Shown here piece after piece: positions 63,949-64,000 of a DNA stretch of 64,000 nucleotides. The translations under genes were made by a program, and so were the position numbers. The notes below the pieces were generated by a model. That model was given only the letters and a program-made list of their open reading frames with translations, was not told where the DNA came from and ran no database searches. Location: NCBI GenBank assembly GCA_964450385.1, contig CAYVEC010000007.1:5977-69976 (forward strand), written 5' to 3'. Every line of letters begins with the position of its first letter. The first letter of the stretch is position 1. The stretch comes from an uncultured Planctomycetales bacterium (lineage in GTDB: Bacteria; Omnitrophota; Gorgyraeia; Zapsychrales; JANLHA01).

Positions 63949-64000
63949 TCCGGGGTGTAAAATTTTATTGTCGTTGGCGAATATTTTGTTATCATATCTA

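Noticed and set aside
1-64000. Mobile elements, integrases, toxin-antitoxin or restriction/defence gene clusters
   Set aside because: No transposase, integrase, recombinase, inverted terminal repeats or recognisable defence-system motifs were seen. The MazG-like and YwqK-type genes are isolated and lack partner toxin genes.

Overview
This 64-kb window is high-GC chromosomal DNA from a Gram-negative bacterium. I found 64 protein-coding genes, and 60 of them are on the + strand, which suggests one replichore arm. I found no rRNA, tRNA, CRISPR array, transposase or integrase.

Gene content in order:
- **Start of window:** an RluA-type pseudouridine synthase and a MORN/YwqK tandem-repeat secreted protein.
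- **Metal-handling module:** an outer-membrane barrel, a periplasmic MerP-like heavy-metal-binding protein and a MerT-like transporter. No merA or merR is present.
- **hcp locus:** hybrid-cluster protein Hcp, an Rrf2 regulator and a ferredoxin-domain protein. The hcp promoter is overlapped by an imperfect palindrome.
- **Mixed stretch:** a PEP-CTERM protein, small stress-type genes (MazG-like, AhpD/CMD-like, an alpha/beta hydrolase), a large GH94-like phosphorylase-fold protein, a membrane-bound ferritin MbfA, and a DUF523(TudS)-DUF1722 fusion.
- **Complete Pho regulon block:** phoB, phoR, a porin, pstSCAB and phoU, with Pho-box-like direct repeats upstream of the porin.
- **Iron uptake:** a dtxR-feoA-feoB operon with a perfect 14-bp iron-box-like palindrome inside its promoter.
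- **Envelope glycosylation:** a GT2/ArnC-like and ArnT/GT39-like glycosyltransferase pair.
- **Alpha-glucan (glycogen) island:** headed by an unusual XRE-HTH::CBM48 regulator, then an archaeal-type glycogen synthase, a DUF4912 protein with a histone-H1-like tail, a GH57 branching enzyme and a second GH57 protein. It ends in a ~1909-aa giant protein with a signal peptide that fuses an unknown N-terminal region, an alanine dehydrogenase/pyridine nucleotide transhydrogenase (AlaDH/PNT)-type NAD-binding module and a GT35 alpha-glucan-phosphorylase-like domain. In that domain the PLP-binding lysine appears replaced.
- **Housekeeping stretch:** rpsO-pnp, ftsK, a rodZ-like gene, rimO, pgsA-pgpA, a BI-1/YccA gene, thpR and the CinA C-terminal domain.
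- **Riboflavin operon:** an FMN riboswitch with promoter and attenuator, followed by ribBA-ribH-nusB-PHP-ribD-ribE.
- **End of window:** an operon of a ketosynthase (KS)-like protein in which all three catalytic residues appear substituted, plus fabG and fabZ. After it come an HI0933/BaiN flavoprotein and a PilZ protein.

The strongest candidates for new biology are the giant AlaDH::phosphorylase protein and its glucan island, the HTH::CBM48 regulator, the pseudo-ketosynthase operon and the orphan OMP-MerP-MerT module.
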